A stretch of 64,000 nucleotides of DNA from Acidimicrobiia bacterium (GTDB taxonomy: Bacteria; Actinomycetota; Acidimicrobiia; IMCC26256; PALSA-610). Every line of letters starts with the position of its first letter. The stretch's first letter is position 1. Of the stretch, positions 1 through 10,191 are shown one piece after another. The stretch lies in the NCBI GenBank assembly GCA_038213435.1, contig JBBQTI010000009.1, positions 15,709-79,708 on the forward strand. The letters run 5' to 3'. The notes under the pieces were generated by a model. That model was given only the letters and a program-made list of their open reading frames with translations, made no database searches and was not told where the DNA came from. The translations under genes and the position numbers were made by a program.

Positions 1-1283
1 CCGAACATGACGGTGCACAGAACGAGCACGCCGATCAGTTGTGCGACGAGTTGTCCTCCGCCGCCGTGCCCGTAGAACAAGCCCCAAACGTGTGCGGTCT
101 TTGTGCCACCCGACGCTGCGGTCGCGTTCCAGTCGCCGCCGTACTTCCCGTTGGCGAACAGCCCGAGCGCGATGAGACCCCAGACGCCGTTGACCCCGTG
201 CACCGCGACCGCGCCGACCGGGTCGTCGACGCCGCGGCGGTCGATGAACAACACGGCTTCGACGACGAGAACTCCGGCAATGCTCCCGATGAGTGCCGCC
301 GCCCACGGCGTGACGAACGCGCAGGGCGCGGTGATCGCAACCAGGCCCGCGAGCAGCCCGTTGCCGAACATTGCCGGGTCGGGTTTGCCGAAACGCTTCA
401 TGACATAGAGCATCGAAATGACCGTGCCGAACGCCGCCGCGATCGCCGTGTTGGCGATGATGAGGCCAAAGCGGGTGTCGGTCGCGGCCAGCGTCGACGC
501 GCCGTTGAAGCCGAACCATCCGAACAAAAGGACGATCACGCCCATCAGCGCCATCGGAATATTGTGACCGGGTATCGCCTGCGGCCGACCGTCCTTTCGG
601 TACTTCCCGATGCGGGGCCCGAGCACGATGGCACCCGCCAGGGCCGCCATGCCTCCCATCGCGTGCACGACGCCGGAGCCCGCGAAGTCGACGTATCCGT
701 GGCCGAGGCTCGCGCTCGCGCCGAGCTTGGCGAGCCAACCCCCGCCCCACGTCCACGCGCCGAACAGCGGGTAGTAGATCGCGCCGCAGAAGAATCCCCA
801 CACGACGAAGTTGTTCCACTTCCAGCGTTCGGCCATCGCGCCCGTCGGGATCGTCGCGGTCGCGTCCATGAACGCGGCCATGTAGAAGAAGTAGGCGAGC
901 ACCGAAACGGTCGAGGCCTTGCCCGACATGAACAGCGGAGCCCTCCACAAGAACACCCAATTGCCGCTACCGAGCAGCTCGCTTCCGACCCGCACGTCGT
1001 AGCCGAAAAGGTTCGGGAACGAGTAGCCCCCGAACATCAGCCCGTATCCGATCACGAAGAACGCCGCGAACGCCGTGCCGAAGATCGCCACGTTCATGCC
1101 CATCGTGTGCGCGGCGTTCTTCCTGCGCGTGAAGCCCGTCTCGACCAACGCGAATCCGCCCTGCATGAACATGACCAGGGCGCCGCCCACGCAGATCCAC
1201 AGCAGGTTCGTGCTGATGCCCAGACCGCCCGCCCCGCCGTCGATCGCGGGCGGAAGCGGACCGGCGGCGTGCAGGATGTTCAC
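1..1283 (-). CDS. amt: Ammonium transporter (Amt family), runs off the left edge of the window
   Basis: Manual translation from GTG at 1283 (GGAGG RBS upstream): MNILHAAG...LVMFMQGGFALVETGFTRRKNAAH...TIPTGAMAERW...DFAGSGVVHAMGG...GWFGFNGAS. Missing from the ORF track because there is no stop in the window. Confidence 0.95.
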   Translation of the reverse strand, partial: MNILHAAGPLPPAIDGGAGGLGISTNLLWICVGGALVMFMQGGFALVETGFTRRKNAAHTMGMNVAIFGTAFAAFFVIGYGLMFGGYSFPNLFGYDVRVGSELLGSGNWVFLWRAPLFMSGKASTVSVLAYFFYMAAFMDATATIPTGAMAERWKWNNFVVWGFFCGAIYYPLFGAWTWGGGWLAKLGASASLGHGYVDFAGSGVVHAMGGMAALAGAIVLGPRIGKYRKDGRPQAIPGHNIPMALMGVIVLLFGWFGFNGASTLAATDTRFGLIIANTAIAAAFGTVISMLYVMKRFGKPDPAMFGNGLLAGLVAITAPCAFVTPWAAALIGSIAGVLVVEAVLFIDRRGVDDPVGAVAVHGVNGVWGLIALGLFANGKYGGDWNATAASGGTKTAHVWGLFYGHGGGGQLVAQLIGVLVLCTVMF

Positions 1284-1524
1284 AGTGCCTCCCAAGCAGA
1301 CGCTGTTTCGACAGGCACCCCTGAAAGGGCGCCCGGGCCAATCCTGGCGACTCTATGAGTGGCTTCTGACGCGATCCAGCCGGAAGTGTGAACGGCCGAA
1401 TGCGTAATACTGAGCAGAATATGACGCCCTGCGACCGGGGAACCGGCGACGACGATTACCGTCCTCTCCGAGTGCGCTGCGCGGTCAAGTCCCGGCCTCG
1501 AGTCGTGGCCCGAGCGGAAGGTCC

Positions 1525-3105
1525 GTGGTGAGCGGCACCTTCGCGGTTCCGACGCGCTCGCGCCCCGCGCCCCGCCTCGACGGATGGCCCACCGTGGCCG
1601 CGGTCGTCACCGTCGCGGGCGTGCTCGCGGTGCTCGCGATCACGCTCGGTTGGCGCGGGTCGGATCTCCCCGCGCAGGTCTTTCGCGCCGAGTTGTTCCG
1701 CCAAGACGGGTTCGTGCTCTGGAACAGTCAATGGTTCGGCGGCCACGCGCTGCTCGGCTACAGCGTGATCGCGCCGGCAATCAGCGCGCCGATCGGTCCG
1801 CTCGCGCTCGGCGCGCTCAGCGGCATCGCGTCGGCGTTCGTCTTCGAGCGCATTCTTCGTTTCGCATTCGGGTCGGTCGCCTGGCTCGGAAGCCTCTGGT
1901 TCGCGCTCGGCACGGTCATCAATCTCATCGTCGGGCGGACCACCTACGCATTCGGAGTCGCACTCGCCCTCGGTGCGATCTACGCGCTCCAGCACCGCAA
2001 GGCGGCCGTCGCCGTCGGTGCCGCCGTTTTGTGCTCGCTCGCGAGTCCGCTCGCCGGAGGCTTCCTCGCGATCGTCGCGCTGGCGTGGGCCTGTTCCCAA
2101 CGTGCGCAACGCACGCAGGCGCTCGCGCTCCTCGTCGGTGCGCTGGCACCGATCGCCATCGTCGCGTTGCTGTTCCCCACTGCCGGTTCGGAGCCGTACG
2201 AGCCGTGGGCGCTCGTCTGGGACCTGATCCTCTGCCTCGTCGTGGCGATCGCCCTGCGCCGCTACACCGCGGTGCGGTGGGGCGCGGCATGCTTCGCGCT
2301 GCTGGCGATCGGATCGTTCGTCGTGCCGACGGCGCTCGGCGGCAACGTCAGCCGCCTCGGCCAGTACGTCGCGGGCCCGCTCCTCGCGTGCGCACTGCTG
2401 CCTCGTCGACGACTGGTGCTCGCCGTCCTCGCGATCCCGTTGCTCGTCTGGCAGTGGTTCCCCGCCGTCGACGGAATCGCGTTCGCGCGCACCGATCCGT
2501 CGACGCGCGTCGGCTACTACCAGCCGCTCCTCTCGTACCTCGGGAGCCGATCGAGCACAATCGGCCGGGTCGAGATTCCTTCGACGTACCGCCATTGGGA
2601 GGCGGCGTACGCGGCGCCGCACGTTCCGCTTGCGCGCGGATGGGAACGTCAGCTCGATATCGCGTACAACCCGATCTTCTACTCGGAACCACTCACCCCC
2701 TCGAGCTACCGCACGTGGTTGCACACGAACGGCGTGAAGTTCGTCGCGCTGCCCGACGCGCGCCTCGACGACTCGTCGCTCGGCGAGCGTCGGCTGATCT
2801 CGAGGGGTCTTCCGTACCTGCACGAGGTCTGGCACGACGCGCACTGGCGCGTCTGGCAGGTCGACGGATTCGAGGGTCTCGTCGACGGGCCGGCCACGCT
2901 GCAGTCGATGACGCCCGACCGGATGACCCTCTCGGTCTCCGGGGCGGGCGACCTCGTGTTGCGCGTGCGCGCCACGAGCCACTGGTCGGTGCGTCCCGGC
3001 GGCTGCGCCGCGTCGACCGACGACGGGTGGACGCGGCTACGCAACCTGCCGTTGGGCACCGTCACGCTCACGCAGTCGCTCGCCGGAACACCCTGCCCGC
3101 GCTGA
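1525..3105 (+). CDS. Polytopic membrane protein, possibly GT-C-fold glycosyltransferase-like
   Basis: 526 aa with many hydrophobic segments, an N-terminal DLPAQ...LWNSQWFGGH...YS loop and a soluble C-terminal domain. The function is inference only. Confidence 0.6.
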   Translation: MVSGTFAVPTRSRPAPRLDGWPTVAAVVTVAGVLAVLAITLGWRGSDLPAQVFRAELFRQDGFVLWNSQWFGGHALLGYSVIAPAISAPIGPLALGALSGIASAFVFERILRFAFGSVAWLGSLWFALGTVINLIVGRTTYAFGVALALGAIYALQHRKAAVAVGAAVLCSLASPLAGGFLAIVALAWACSQRAQRTQALALLVGALAPIAIVALLFPTAGSEPYEPWALVWDLILCLVVAIALRRYTAVRWGAACFALLAIGSFVVPTALGGNVSRLGQYVAGPLLACALLPRRRLVLAVLAIPLLVWQWFPAVDGIAFARTDPSTRVGYYQPLLSYLGSRSSTIGRVEIPSTYRHWEAAYAAPHVPLARGWERQLDIAYNPIFYSEPLTPSSYRTWLHTNGVKFVALPDARLDDSSLGERRLISRGLPYLHEVWHDAHWRVWQVDGFEGLVDGPATLQSMTPDRMTLSVSGAGDLVLRVRATSHWSVRPGGCAASTDDGWTRLRNLPLGTVTLTQSLAGTPCPR

Positions 3106-3130
3106 ACCCGCACGGCGCGGGTCTGCGGCG

Positions 3131-3511
3131 TCAGTGAGACGTGTAGTCGATCTCCGGAGCGTCCTTCACCGCGACCGCGAAGCAGAAGCAATGGATTGCG
3201 CCGCCACCGGTCGGCCTCAGGCTGTGAATCGTGTCCGGGGGGATGTACACGAGGTCGCCGGGCGAGACGTCGCGGTCTTCCTCATCGATCGTCATCACCC
3301 CTCGCCCTGACATCACGAAATAGAACTCGTGCGTCGGATGCGAGTGCGGGAACACGAAACCGCCGCTCGCGACCTCGAACTCGTTGACGAGCTCGAGGTG
3401 ACCGCCCTCCGTCAGGTCCCTCATCTCTCGGGGGTGCACCAGATACCACACCGGCACGGTCCCGTTGTGCTCGACCTCCGGTTCGACATCGACGATCGAT
3501 CGCACGTCCAT
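3131..3511 (-). CDS. Cupin domain protein
   Basis: PHSHPTHEFYFVMSGRG...PGDLVYIPPDTIHSL cupin motifs; start set at MDVRS (GGGAG RBS). Confidence 0.9.
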   Translation of the reverse strand: MDVRSIVDVEPEVEHNGTVPVWYLVHPREMRDLTEGGHLELVNEFEVASGGFVFPHSHPTHEFYFVMSGRGVMTIDEEDRDVSPGDLVYIPPDTIHSLRPTGGGAIHCFCFAVAVKDAPEIDYTSH

Positions 3512-3615
3512 TTTCCCGGCTCCCTCGTTCGGTCCGACCCCCGCGGCTCGCAGCCGCAGCATCGCGGCGCGAGACCGGCGCGTCAATCCGGCGGCCCGCG
3601 GCAATACACTTTGCC

Positions 3616-4851
3616 GTGCACCGGACCCGACTCCGCGCGGGGACCGCGCTCGTCGTCGTACTCGGTGTGGGCGGCGCCGTCGCCCTCTCGAGACACGCAA
3701 CGACGCGCTCCGCGCGCTCGGTGCACGCGGTCGGGCGCGTCGATCGTGCATCCTCGACGACCGCATCGACAAAACGGTCGACGTCGACGGTCATCACGAC
3801 CTCGACCTCTACCACGACGACCTCTACCACGACGACGCCTCCGCACGACCCCGCCCACGACTTCGTGCTCACCCGCGTCGCCACTGTGAGCGGCGCGATC
3901 TCGCCGAAGTCCGTGACCGCGACCGGGACCGGGCTCGTGTTCGCCCAGAACATGATGTACCGGCACACGATGACCGTGTACGACGCCGGCGGTTCGCTCG
4001 TGAAGACGATTCCCGACAGCGTCGACCTCGCGCAGTTCGGGATCGGCGGCCACCCGGGCGTGGCCCGCGGCGCGCCGGTGGAGGCGGCGGTCGACAACGC
4101 GCACCGCTACGTCTTCGCGACCAACTATTCGATGTACGGCGCGAACTTCGGACCCGAGGGCTCCGACAACTGCCGCGGTCCGGGCGGTTTGAGCCCGAGC
4201 TACGTGTACCGGGTGAGCGTTACGACGCTGGCCATCGACGCGGTCGGCCCCGTCGGGATGGTGCCCAAGTACGTGGCGGTGACGCCCGACGACCGGTACG
4301 TGCTCGTCAGCAATTGGTGCAGCTACGACCTCAGCATCCTCGATCACGACACCCTGCGCGAGATGCAACGCATCCATTTGGGCGCATACCCGCGCGGGAT
4401 CGCGATCGACGGTCGCTTGCAGGTCGCATACGTCGCGGTAATGGGCTCGTTCGACGTCGCCCGCATCGACCTCTCGACGTTCGCGGTGTCGTGGTTGCGC
4501 GGTGTGGGCAATTCGCCGCGACACCTCGTGCTCTCGGCCGACGGCCGGCACCTGTTCGTCACCCTGAACGGCGACAACCGCGTCGTCTCGGTCGACACCG
4601 CGACGAGACATGTGGTCGCGCGCACCGCGACCGGCACGCAGCCGCGGAGTATGGCGATGTCGTCCGACGGTCGCGCGCTCTATGTCGTCAACTACGGGTC
4701 GAACACGGTGTCGGTGCTGAGGACGTCCGACCTCGAAGTGGTGAACACCTTCCCGGTTCCGGATCATCCGATCGGCATCGCGTACGAACCGACGCACCAT
4801 CGAATCTGGGTCGCCTGCTATAGCGGAGCGATCCTCGTCTACGACGCGTGA
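3616..4851 (+). CDS. Secreted/anchored YVTN/YncE-type beta-propeller protein
   Basis: N-terminal hydrophobic segment, Thr-rich linker, repeated PxGIA/YVxN blades (ALYVVNYGSNTVSV). Confidence 0.85.
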   Translation: MHRTRLRAGTALVVVLGVGGAVALSRHATTRSARSVHAVGRVDRASSTTASTKRSTSTVITTSTSTTTTSTTTTPPHDPAHDFVLTRVATVSGAISPKSVTATGTGLVFAQNMMYRHTMTVYDAGGSLVKTIPDSVDLAQFGIGGHPGVARGAPVEAAVDNAHRYVFATNYSMYGANFGPEGSDNCRGPGGLSPSYVYRVSVTTLAIDAVGPVGMVPKYVAVTPDDRYVLVSNWCSYDLSILDHDTLREMQRIHLGAYPRGIAIDGRLQVAYVAVMGSFDVARIDLSTFAVSWLRGVGNSPRHLVLSADGRHLFVTLNGDNRVVSVDTATRHVVARTATGTQPRSMAMSSDGRALYVVNYGSNTVSVLRTSDLEVVNTFPVPDHPIGIAYEPTHHRIWVACYSGAILVYDA

Positions 4852-5426
4852 TTCACGGCGAGGTACGCCTCGCCGCGCGGCGACAAGCGGTAGCCGACCT
4901 CGAGGCTCAGGGTGAGCCCCAGGTTCTTCAGCTTGCGCACGTCGAGCTTGAACGGCTGCGTCTCGCGACCGAAGCTCGCGGCCAGGTCCGCGGCGCGCAC
5001 GCCGGGCCGCTCTGCGATCGTCCGGAGGACATCTGCGGTCCAGCTCCCGTGTGAGCTCGCACGATCGAGACGCGCGAGGCGGAGCCGCAACTCGGTGATC
5101 TCGTCCTCGGAGAGCGTGACCGTTGCCGCGAGCAATGCACGCGGATCGGGCCCGACTGCCGGACGGAACCGGATGCGATAGGTCGGGAGATCGGTCGCGC
5201 CGCGAAGCTCGCGGAGTAGCTCGGCGCGCGAGGAGAACCCGGCCCGCTTCGCATCCGCGTCGGTGATGCGGTCGGGATCGACGACGTCAACGCCCTCGAC
5301 CACGAGGCGCCCGGCTGCGGTGCGATAGGTGTTGCCGGCGACGACCTGAGGACGCTTCCACCGCCGAAACGTCAGCGTGACGGCGCCGCTCGCGATCGCC
5401 TCGCGGAACCGAGCCTGGATCAACAT
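4839..5426 (-). CDS. ASCH-like domain protein with a C-terminal winged-helix
   Basis: IASGAVTLTFRRWKRP...ITDADAKRAGF ASCH-like N-terminus; FKLDVRKLKNLGLTLSLEVGYRLSPRG wHTH-like C-terminus. Confidence 0.7.
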   Translation of the reverse strand: MLIQARFREAIASGAVTLTFRRWKRPQVVAGNTYRTAAGRLVVEGVDVVDPDRITDADAKRAGFSSRAELLRELRGATDLPTYRIRFRPAVGPDPRALLAATVTLSEDEITELRLRLARLDRASSHGSWTADVLRTIAERPGVRAADLAASFGRETQPFKLDVRKLKNLGLTLSLEVGYRLSPRGEAYLAVNHAS

Positions 5427-5486
5427 TGGCTCAATCCTTACCGACTCCGAAGCTTGCCCTTAGGCCGCTGAGCCACCATCGACGCC

Positions 5487-5846
5487 ATGAACAGCCAGGC
5501 CGCGAGCCCCAGAAGCCGGAAAGACCGAGACGCCGGCCTGAAGCGGATCAAGAAACTGACCCGCTGGTCGCTCGCCGGCGCGTTGACCGGGACCGGCGTC
5601 TTTGCGGGGCTCGCCGCCCACGCCGCCGGGACGACCACGAACACCGCGAACAAGGCCGCGGGCCGATCGACCGCCGCCTCGTCCAGCTCGAAATCGACGA
5701 CGAGCACGACCAGCTCCGCAAGCGCCGGGAGCGCCGGGAGCTCCGCGTCCGCGGGAACCGCCGCGACGACGACACCGACCGCGGCGACCCCGGTAACCGT
5801 CGCGCCATCGAGCGGATCGGCCACCATCGTTTCCGGAGCTTCGTGA
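5487..5846 (+). CDS. Small exported Ser/Thr/Ala-rich protein
   Basis: Basic N-terminus plus hydrophobic helix and low-complexity tail; its stop overlaps the next ATG (TGATG). Confidence 0.65.
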   Translation: MNSQAASPRSRKDRDAGLKRIKKLTRWSLAGALTGTGVFAGLAAHAAGTTTNTANKAAGRSTAASSSSKSTTSTTSSASAGSAGSSASAGTAATTTPTAATPVTVAPSSGSATIVSGAS

Positions 5847-6435
5847 TGGGCACCCTGATCCCGAACGCGACGCTGTGGTACCTCGCGCGCGGAACGGGCT
5901 TCGTCGCGGTCGCCTGCTCACGATCAGCGTAACCCTCGGCCTCCTCACGACGATGCGGTGGAGCGCACCCCGATGGCCGCGATTCGTCACCGCGACGCTC
6001 CACAAGAACATCTCGCTGCTGTCCGTCGCCTTCCTCGCGACACACATCGCAACGACGCTCCTCGATCCAGTGTCGCCGATTCACCTGCTCAACGCGATCG
6101 TCCCGTTCACCGGTCGGTACCGTCCGCTCGGAATCGGGCTCGGCGTGGTCGCGGTCGACCTGCTCGCCGCGCTCGTGATCACGAGCCTGCTCCGACACCG
6201 AATCGGGTACCGCGTCTGGCGCGCGGTGCATTGGAGCGCGTATGCGTGCTGGCCGGTCGCGATGTTGCACGGATTGAGCTCGGGAACCGACGCGGCCGCG
6301 CCATGGGCCCGCACCGTGTATCTGTCGTGCGCCGCTCTGGCTCTCGCCGGCGTGGGGTGGCGCGTCACCGCGGCGATCGTCGCTCCCGAATCCGCCTCCC
6401 CGCGCCGCGTCACGTACCCCGGAGTTGCGCGATGA
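5846..6435 (+). pseudogene. Ferric-reductase-like transmembrane protein, frameshifted near 5912
   Basis: MGTLIPNATLWYLARGTGFVAVA is in one frame and LLTISVTLG...LHKNISLL...WRAVHWSAY...LHG continues in another; restoring one C (GCC CTG) joins them. Could be a sequencing error. Confidence 0.75.
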
Positions 6436-6622
6436 CCATGACCACCTTCGTGAAACCACTCGCAGACGCCGGAACCAACGCACCCCGGCTCCTCCCCCGG
6501 CCTCCGGCCTGCGCGGGCGGGGCGGCGCGGGCTTCCCGACCGCGATCAAGATGGAGGCCGTACGCAGTCGCGGCGCGCGCGTGCTCCAAGGCCGGAAGCC
6601 GATCGTGGTCGCGAACGGCACC
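6432..6622 (+). pseudogene. Remnant of a NuoF-like (NADH/FMN-binding) gene
   Basis: MTMTT...PRLLP, then a frame change to SGLRGRGGAGFPTAIK...IVVANGT; breaks off just before the expected EGEP motif. Confidence 0.8.
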
Positions 6623-6800
6623 GACGTGACGATCCCGACCAACGTCAGCGCCACCGTGCACATCGCCGGGTCGAGTGTCGGAACCGTCGAGGAGAGTGGG
6701 CGAAGCGTGGTCGGCGATCCCGGCGTGACCGACGCGCGGGGCGCGCGGGGCGAGGTCGAGGTGACCGTCGGCTCCGGCCACTACGTCTTCACGAGCTCAC
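6623..6800 (+). pseudogene. Fragment resembling the C-terminus of a GH78 alpha-L-rhamnosidase
   Basis: DVTIPTNVSATVHI...VEESG...VEVTVGSGHYVF resembles the rhamnosidase C-terminal pattern (vtiPxNxtAtv...vgSGxyxF); recognised by eye. Confidence 0.55.
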
Positions 6801-6879
6801 CGCCGAACGCCCGTCGCAGCCCGATCTGTACGTCGCTCGGTTGCGGTTCCGATGATGTGCATCGGGCAAGATCACGCCC

Positions 6880-7752
6880 ATGCGATTCAGCTACGCCGAG
6901 ACCTTCTGCGATCCCGCATTCCTCGCTCCCCTCGCGCAGGCGGCCGAAGACGCGGGCTACGACTCGTTCGTCGTGCCCGACAGCCTGATCTTCCCGGCCG
7001 CCTCCGAGACCCTTTATCCCTACACCGCCGACGGCGATCGCGCGTTCCTCGAGGACAAGCCGATCATCGAGCCCTTCACGCTCATTCCCTACCTCGCCGC
7101 GCGCACGAATCGCATACGCTTCACCACCTTCGTGCTGAAGCTCGCGGTACGGCCGGTCGTGCTCGTGGCCAAGCAGGCTGCGAGCATCGCGGTGCTGAGC
7201 GACGACCGGTTACGGCTGGGCGTGGGCATCAGCCCCTGGCCCGAGGACTTCGCGGCGATGGACGTGCCGTGGGAACGTCGCGGCGCGCGCATGGACGAGA
7301 TGGTCGATGCCCTGCGCGGCCTCACGGCCGGCGGTTGGTTCGAGTACCACGGTGAGCTGTTGCAGCTCGAGCGCTGCAAGATCTGTCCCACCCCGACCCG
7401 CCCGATACCGCTCCTCGTCGGCGGTCATGCCGACGTCGCGCTGCGGCGCGCGGCGCGCGCTGGTGACGGATGGATCCACGCGGGCGGCGACCCCGCCGAG
7501 CTCGGAAACATGGTGCAGCGCGTCCACGCGTTGCGCGCCGAATACGGGCGCGCGGTCGACGCGTTCGAGGTGCACGCGATCTCGCTCGACGCGTTCTCGA
7601 TCGACGGCGTGCACCGGCTCGAGGATCTCGGGGTCACCGACGCAATCGTCGGCTTCCGGCATCCGTACACCTCCGAGCCCGACGCCCAACCGCTCCAGGA
7701 GAAGATCGACCTGCTCCGCCGCTTCGCCGACGCGGTCGTTTCACAGGTGTGA
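6880..7752 (+). CDS. LLM-class (probably F420-dependent) oxidoreductase
   Basis: AQAAEDAGYDSFVVPD, LVAKQAASIAVLSDDRLRLGVG, PIPLLVGG...RRAARAGDGW. Confidence 0.9.
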   Translation: MRFSYAETFCDPAFLAPLAQAAEDAGYDSFVVPDSLIFPAASETLYPYTADGDRAFLEDKPIIEPFTLIPYLAARTNRIRFTTFVLKLAVRPVVLVAKQAASIAVLSDDRLRLGVGISPWPEDFAAMDVPWERRGARMDEMVDALRGLTAGGWFEYHGELLQLERCKICPTPTRPIPLLVGGHADVALRRAARAGDGWIHAGGDPAELGNMVQRVHALRAEYGRAVDAFEVHAISLDAFSIDGVHRLEDLGVTDAIVGFRHPYTSEPDAQPLQEKIDLLRRFADAVVSQV

Positions 7753-7795
7753 ACTTGATTTCACAGTCGTGACGCGGCGGCCGTAGTTTCCCGCC

Positions 7796-8902
7796 ATGAA
7801 ATTTGCGATGTTCTACGAGATTCCGGTCGCGAAACCGTGGACACCTCAGAAGGAGTACGAGGCGTACAAGAACACGATCGAGCAGGTGAAGCTCGGCGAT
7901 CGCATGGGCTTCCACTCGTTCTGGACCGTCGAGCACCACTTCCTCGACGAGTATTCGCACTGCTCGAACCCCGAGGTGTTGTACGGCCACATCGCGGCGG
8001 TGACCCAGAACCTGCGTATCGGCTACGGCGTCCGGCTGCTGCCGAAGCCGTACAACCATCCGATCCGCACCGCCGAGAGTGTCGCGGTGCTCGACCTGGT
8101 GAGTGACGGCCGGGTCGAGTTCGGAACCGGTCGTTCGTCGACCCGCGCCGAGATCGAAGGCTTCGGCCTCGACCCGCACGAGACCCGGGAGATGTGGGAC
8201 GAGGCGTTGCAGCACATCGTCGGGATCTGGACCAACGACGAGTATTCGTTCGACGGCAAGTACTGGCAGATGCCGCCGCGACGCGTCCACCCGAAGCCCG
8301 TGCAGCAACCGCACCCGCCGATCTGGGGCGCGACATCGAGCGTCGACGGCCACTACGAGATGGGCAAGCGCGGCATCGGGCTGCTCTCCTTCACAGTGGG
8401 CAATCCTCCCGAGAACCTCGAAGAGCGCATCGTGAATTATCGCCGCGGCCTCGCCGACTGCGACGAGCCCGTCGGCAAGTTCACGAACAGCACTGCCGCG
8501 ACGTTCACGATGGTGCACTGCAGCGACACCAACGAGAAAGCGCGCGCGGAGGCCGAAGAGTCATTCGTCTGGTATCCGCGTGCGGCCGGTCATCACATCG
8601 CGACGCTTGCCGAGTGGATGGAGGAACGCGGCCAGGATCTGGGCAACTACGGCTACGCCGGCGAGGCACGGAAAGGTGAGCAAGCCGGGTTTTTCGACCA
8701 CTTGACCATGGATTACCTCTACGACAGCGGAGCCGGCGTCGTCGGCGACCCCGACCGCTGCATCGAGATCTGCAAGCGCTACGAAGCGGTCGGCTGCGAG
8801 CTGCTGTTCTGTCTCCTGAACCCGTACAACATTCCGCACGAGCAGGTAATGCACTCAATCGAGCTGCTCGGCCGGCACGTCATCCCCGAGCTCGACAAGT
8901 AG
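7796..8902 (+). CDS. LLM-class flavin-dependent (luciferase-like) monooxygenase
   Basis: GFHSFWTVEHHF, HPIRTAESVAVLDLVSDGRVEFGTGR, PKPVQQPHPPIW. Confidence 0.92.
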   Translation: MKFAMFYEIPVAKPWTPQKEYEAYKNTIEQVKLGDRMGFHSFWTVEHHFLDEYSHCSNPEVLYGHIAAVTQNLRIGYGVRLLPKPYNHPIRTAESVAVLDLVSDGRVEFGTGRSSTRAEIEGFGLDPHETREMWDEALQHIVGIWTNDEYSFDGKYWQMPPRRVHPKPVQQPHPPIWGATSSVDGHYEMGKRGIGLLSFTVGNPPENLEERIVNYRRGLADCDEPVGKFTNSTAATFTMVHCSDTNEKARAEAEESFVWYPRAAGHHIATLAEWMEERGQDLGNYGYAGEARKGEQAGFFDHLTMDYLYDSGAGVVGDPDRCIEICKRYEAVGCELLFCLLNPYNIPHEQVMHSIELLGRHVIPELDK

Positions 8903-8944
8903 CGGGCGAGCAGGATTCGCGCTCGGGTGAGCCCTGCGCGCGCT

Positions 8945-10075
8945 CTACGGCGATCCGTCTCCGGGCGATGCGTCGTAGACGTCCTTGCCGAAACACGTGA
9001 GGCCGGGTGCGCCGGCGAAGCCGAGATGCGCGAGCCCGAATACGTTCTCGATGCTGCACAAGAGCGCGTAATGGTTGTACGGAGTCGCGTCGGTCGTTCC
9101 CGCCTTCACCCGCGACGACACCAGGAGCGTACCGACCCGGCCGCCGCCCGGACCGCTGAGCCCGGGCTTCGCGACGTTCGGTGAACGCGGCGTGCGACAG
9201 CACGCTTCCGAGCGCGCGAACGATGCTTCGTCGACAGTTATCACGAGCATCCCGTCGGCCTTGTATGCGGGCGACGCCAGGATCTTCGGTATCTCGGCCG
9301 CGAGGAATCGATCGGCCGAGACGAGCCCGCCGGGCTGGCCGTCGACGCACGGCGCATCGTGTCCGTCATGGCAGAGGTTCGGCGTGATGTAGACGAGGTT
9401 GGGAGTCGCCGCCACCGATTGCAGATCGGTCGCGAGCCGCCTCAAGTCGACGACGCGCGTCGCGCACGCCGGCACGTCGATGATCGAATGGAAATAGACG
9501 AACGGGTTGTGCCGTGTCGCATACATGTCGCCCTTCCGTGCCACCAGTGTCGAGTCGTCTCGACCGATGACCGGATGGCGACACGGCGTGCTCATGTCCT
9601 CCTGGTAGGCGCGCCACGACTTGCCCACCGCGGTGAGCTGATCACCGATCGTCTTCACCGACGCCGGATAGACGCAACCCTGCCCGAGCGCCTGTCCGTA
9701 CGAGCCCGTGCCCGTCGCGGTGAACTCGACATACTTGACGCAGTCGGCCTGCGTCGTCGGGTTGGGAGACTGGCCGCTGATCTGCGCGATGTAATTGTCG
9801 AGGCTCGCGTGCCCTATCCCGAAGTATTGCGTGAGCAGCTTTCCCTGCGCGACGAGCGTGCCATTGAGATAGTGCGCGGGCGAGCTGGCTCCCCACGTCG
9901 TCGCGTAGTCCTCGTTCTCCAGGTTGATCACGAACATGTGACCGATCGAGCGTGGTCCGCTCGCGACCGTTGACGTCGTCGTCACCGCCGAGGTCGGTGT
10001 CGCGGTCGACGTGGACGCGGAAGAGCACGCGCCCACTGCGACGACACAGCCGGCGATTGCGGCAAGTCTTCTCAC
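8945..10075 (-). CDS. Phosphoesterase (acid phosphatase/phospholipase C-like) lipoprotein
   Basis: Lipobox VGAC; HMFVINLENE, HASLDNYIAQISG, YATRHNPF, TPNLCHDGHD, YNHYALL. Start set at GTG 10075. Confidence 0.88.
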   Translation of the reverse strand: MRRLAAIAGCVVAVGACSSASTSTATPTSAVTTTSTVASGPRSIGHMFVINLENEDYATTWGASSPAHYLNGTLVAQGKLLTQYFGIGHASLDNYIAQISGQSPNPTTQADCVKYVEFTATGTGSYGQALGQGCVYPASVKTIGDQLTAVGKSWRAYQEDMSTPCRHPVIGRDDSTLVARKGDMYATRHNPFVYFHSIIDVPACATRVVDLRRLATDLQSVAATPNLVYITPNLCHDGHDAPCVDGQPGGLVSADRFLAAEIPKILASPAYKADGMLVITVDEASFARSEACCRTPRSPNVAKPGLSGPGGGRVGTLLVSSRVKAGTTDATPYNHYALLCSIENVFGLAHLGFAGAPGLTCFGKDVYDASPGDGSP

Positions 10076-10191
10076 CGAGGGAGCTTGCCGCCGACCGGCT
10101 GAGGTACGCAAAGCCAGACGTGGTGTTCGCGGCCGATTCGTGAGTAGCGTCCACGCTGATCGCTCGCAACACCGTCGCTGAAGGAGAGAGC

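Noticed and set aside
39-1358. Long antisense/overlapping Arg-rich ORFs here and throughout (e.g. 44020-46338, 50451-52949)
   Set aside because: These are shadow ORFs expected at this GC content, lying opposite well-supported genes and showing no family motifs.
1284-1450. GlnR box upstream of amt
   Set aside because: Only partial GTnAC-like half-sites were found, without the expected spacing.
3616-4851. YVTN propeller as the missing MauB heavy chain
   Set aside because: It lies 30 kb from the operon, looks like a generic YncE-like protein, and nothing links the two.
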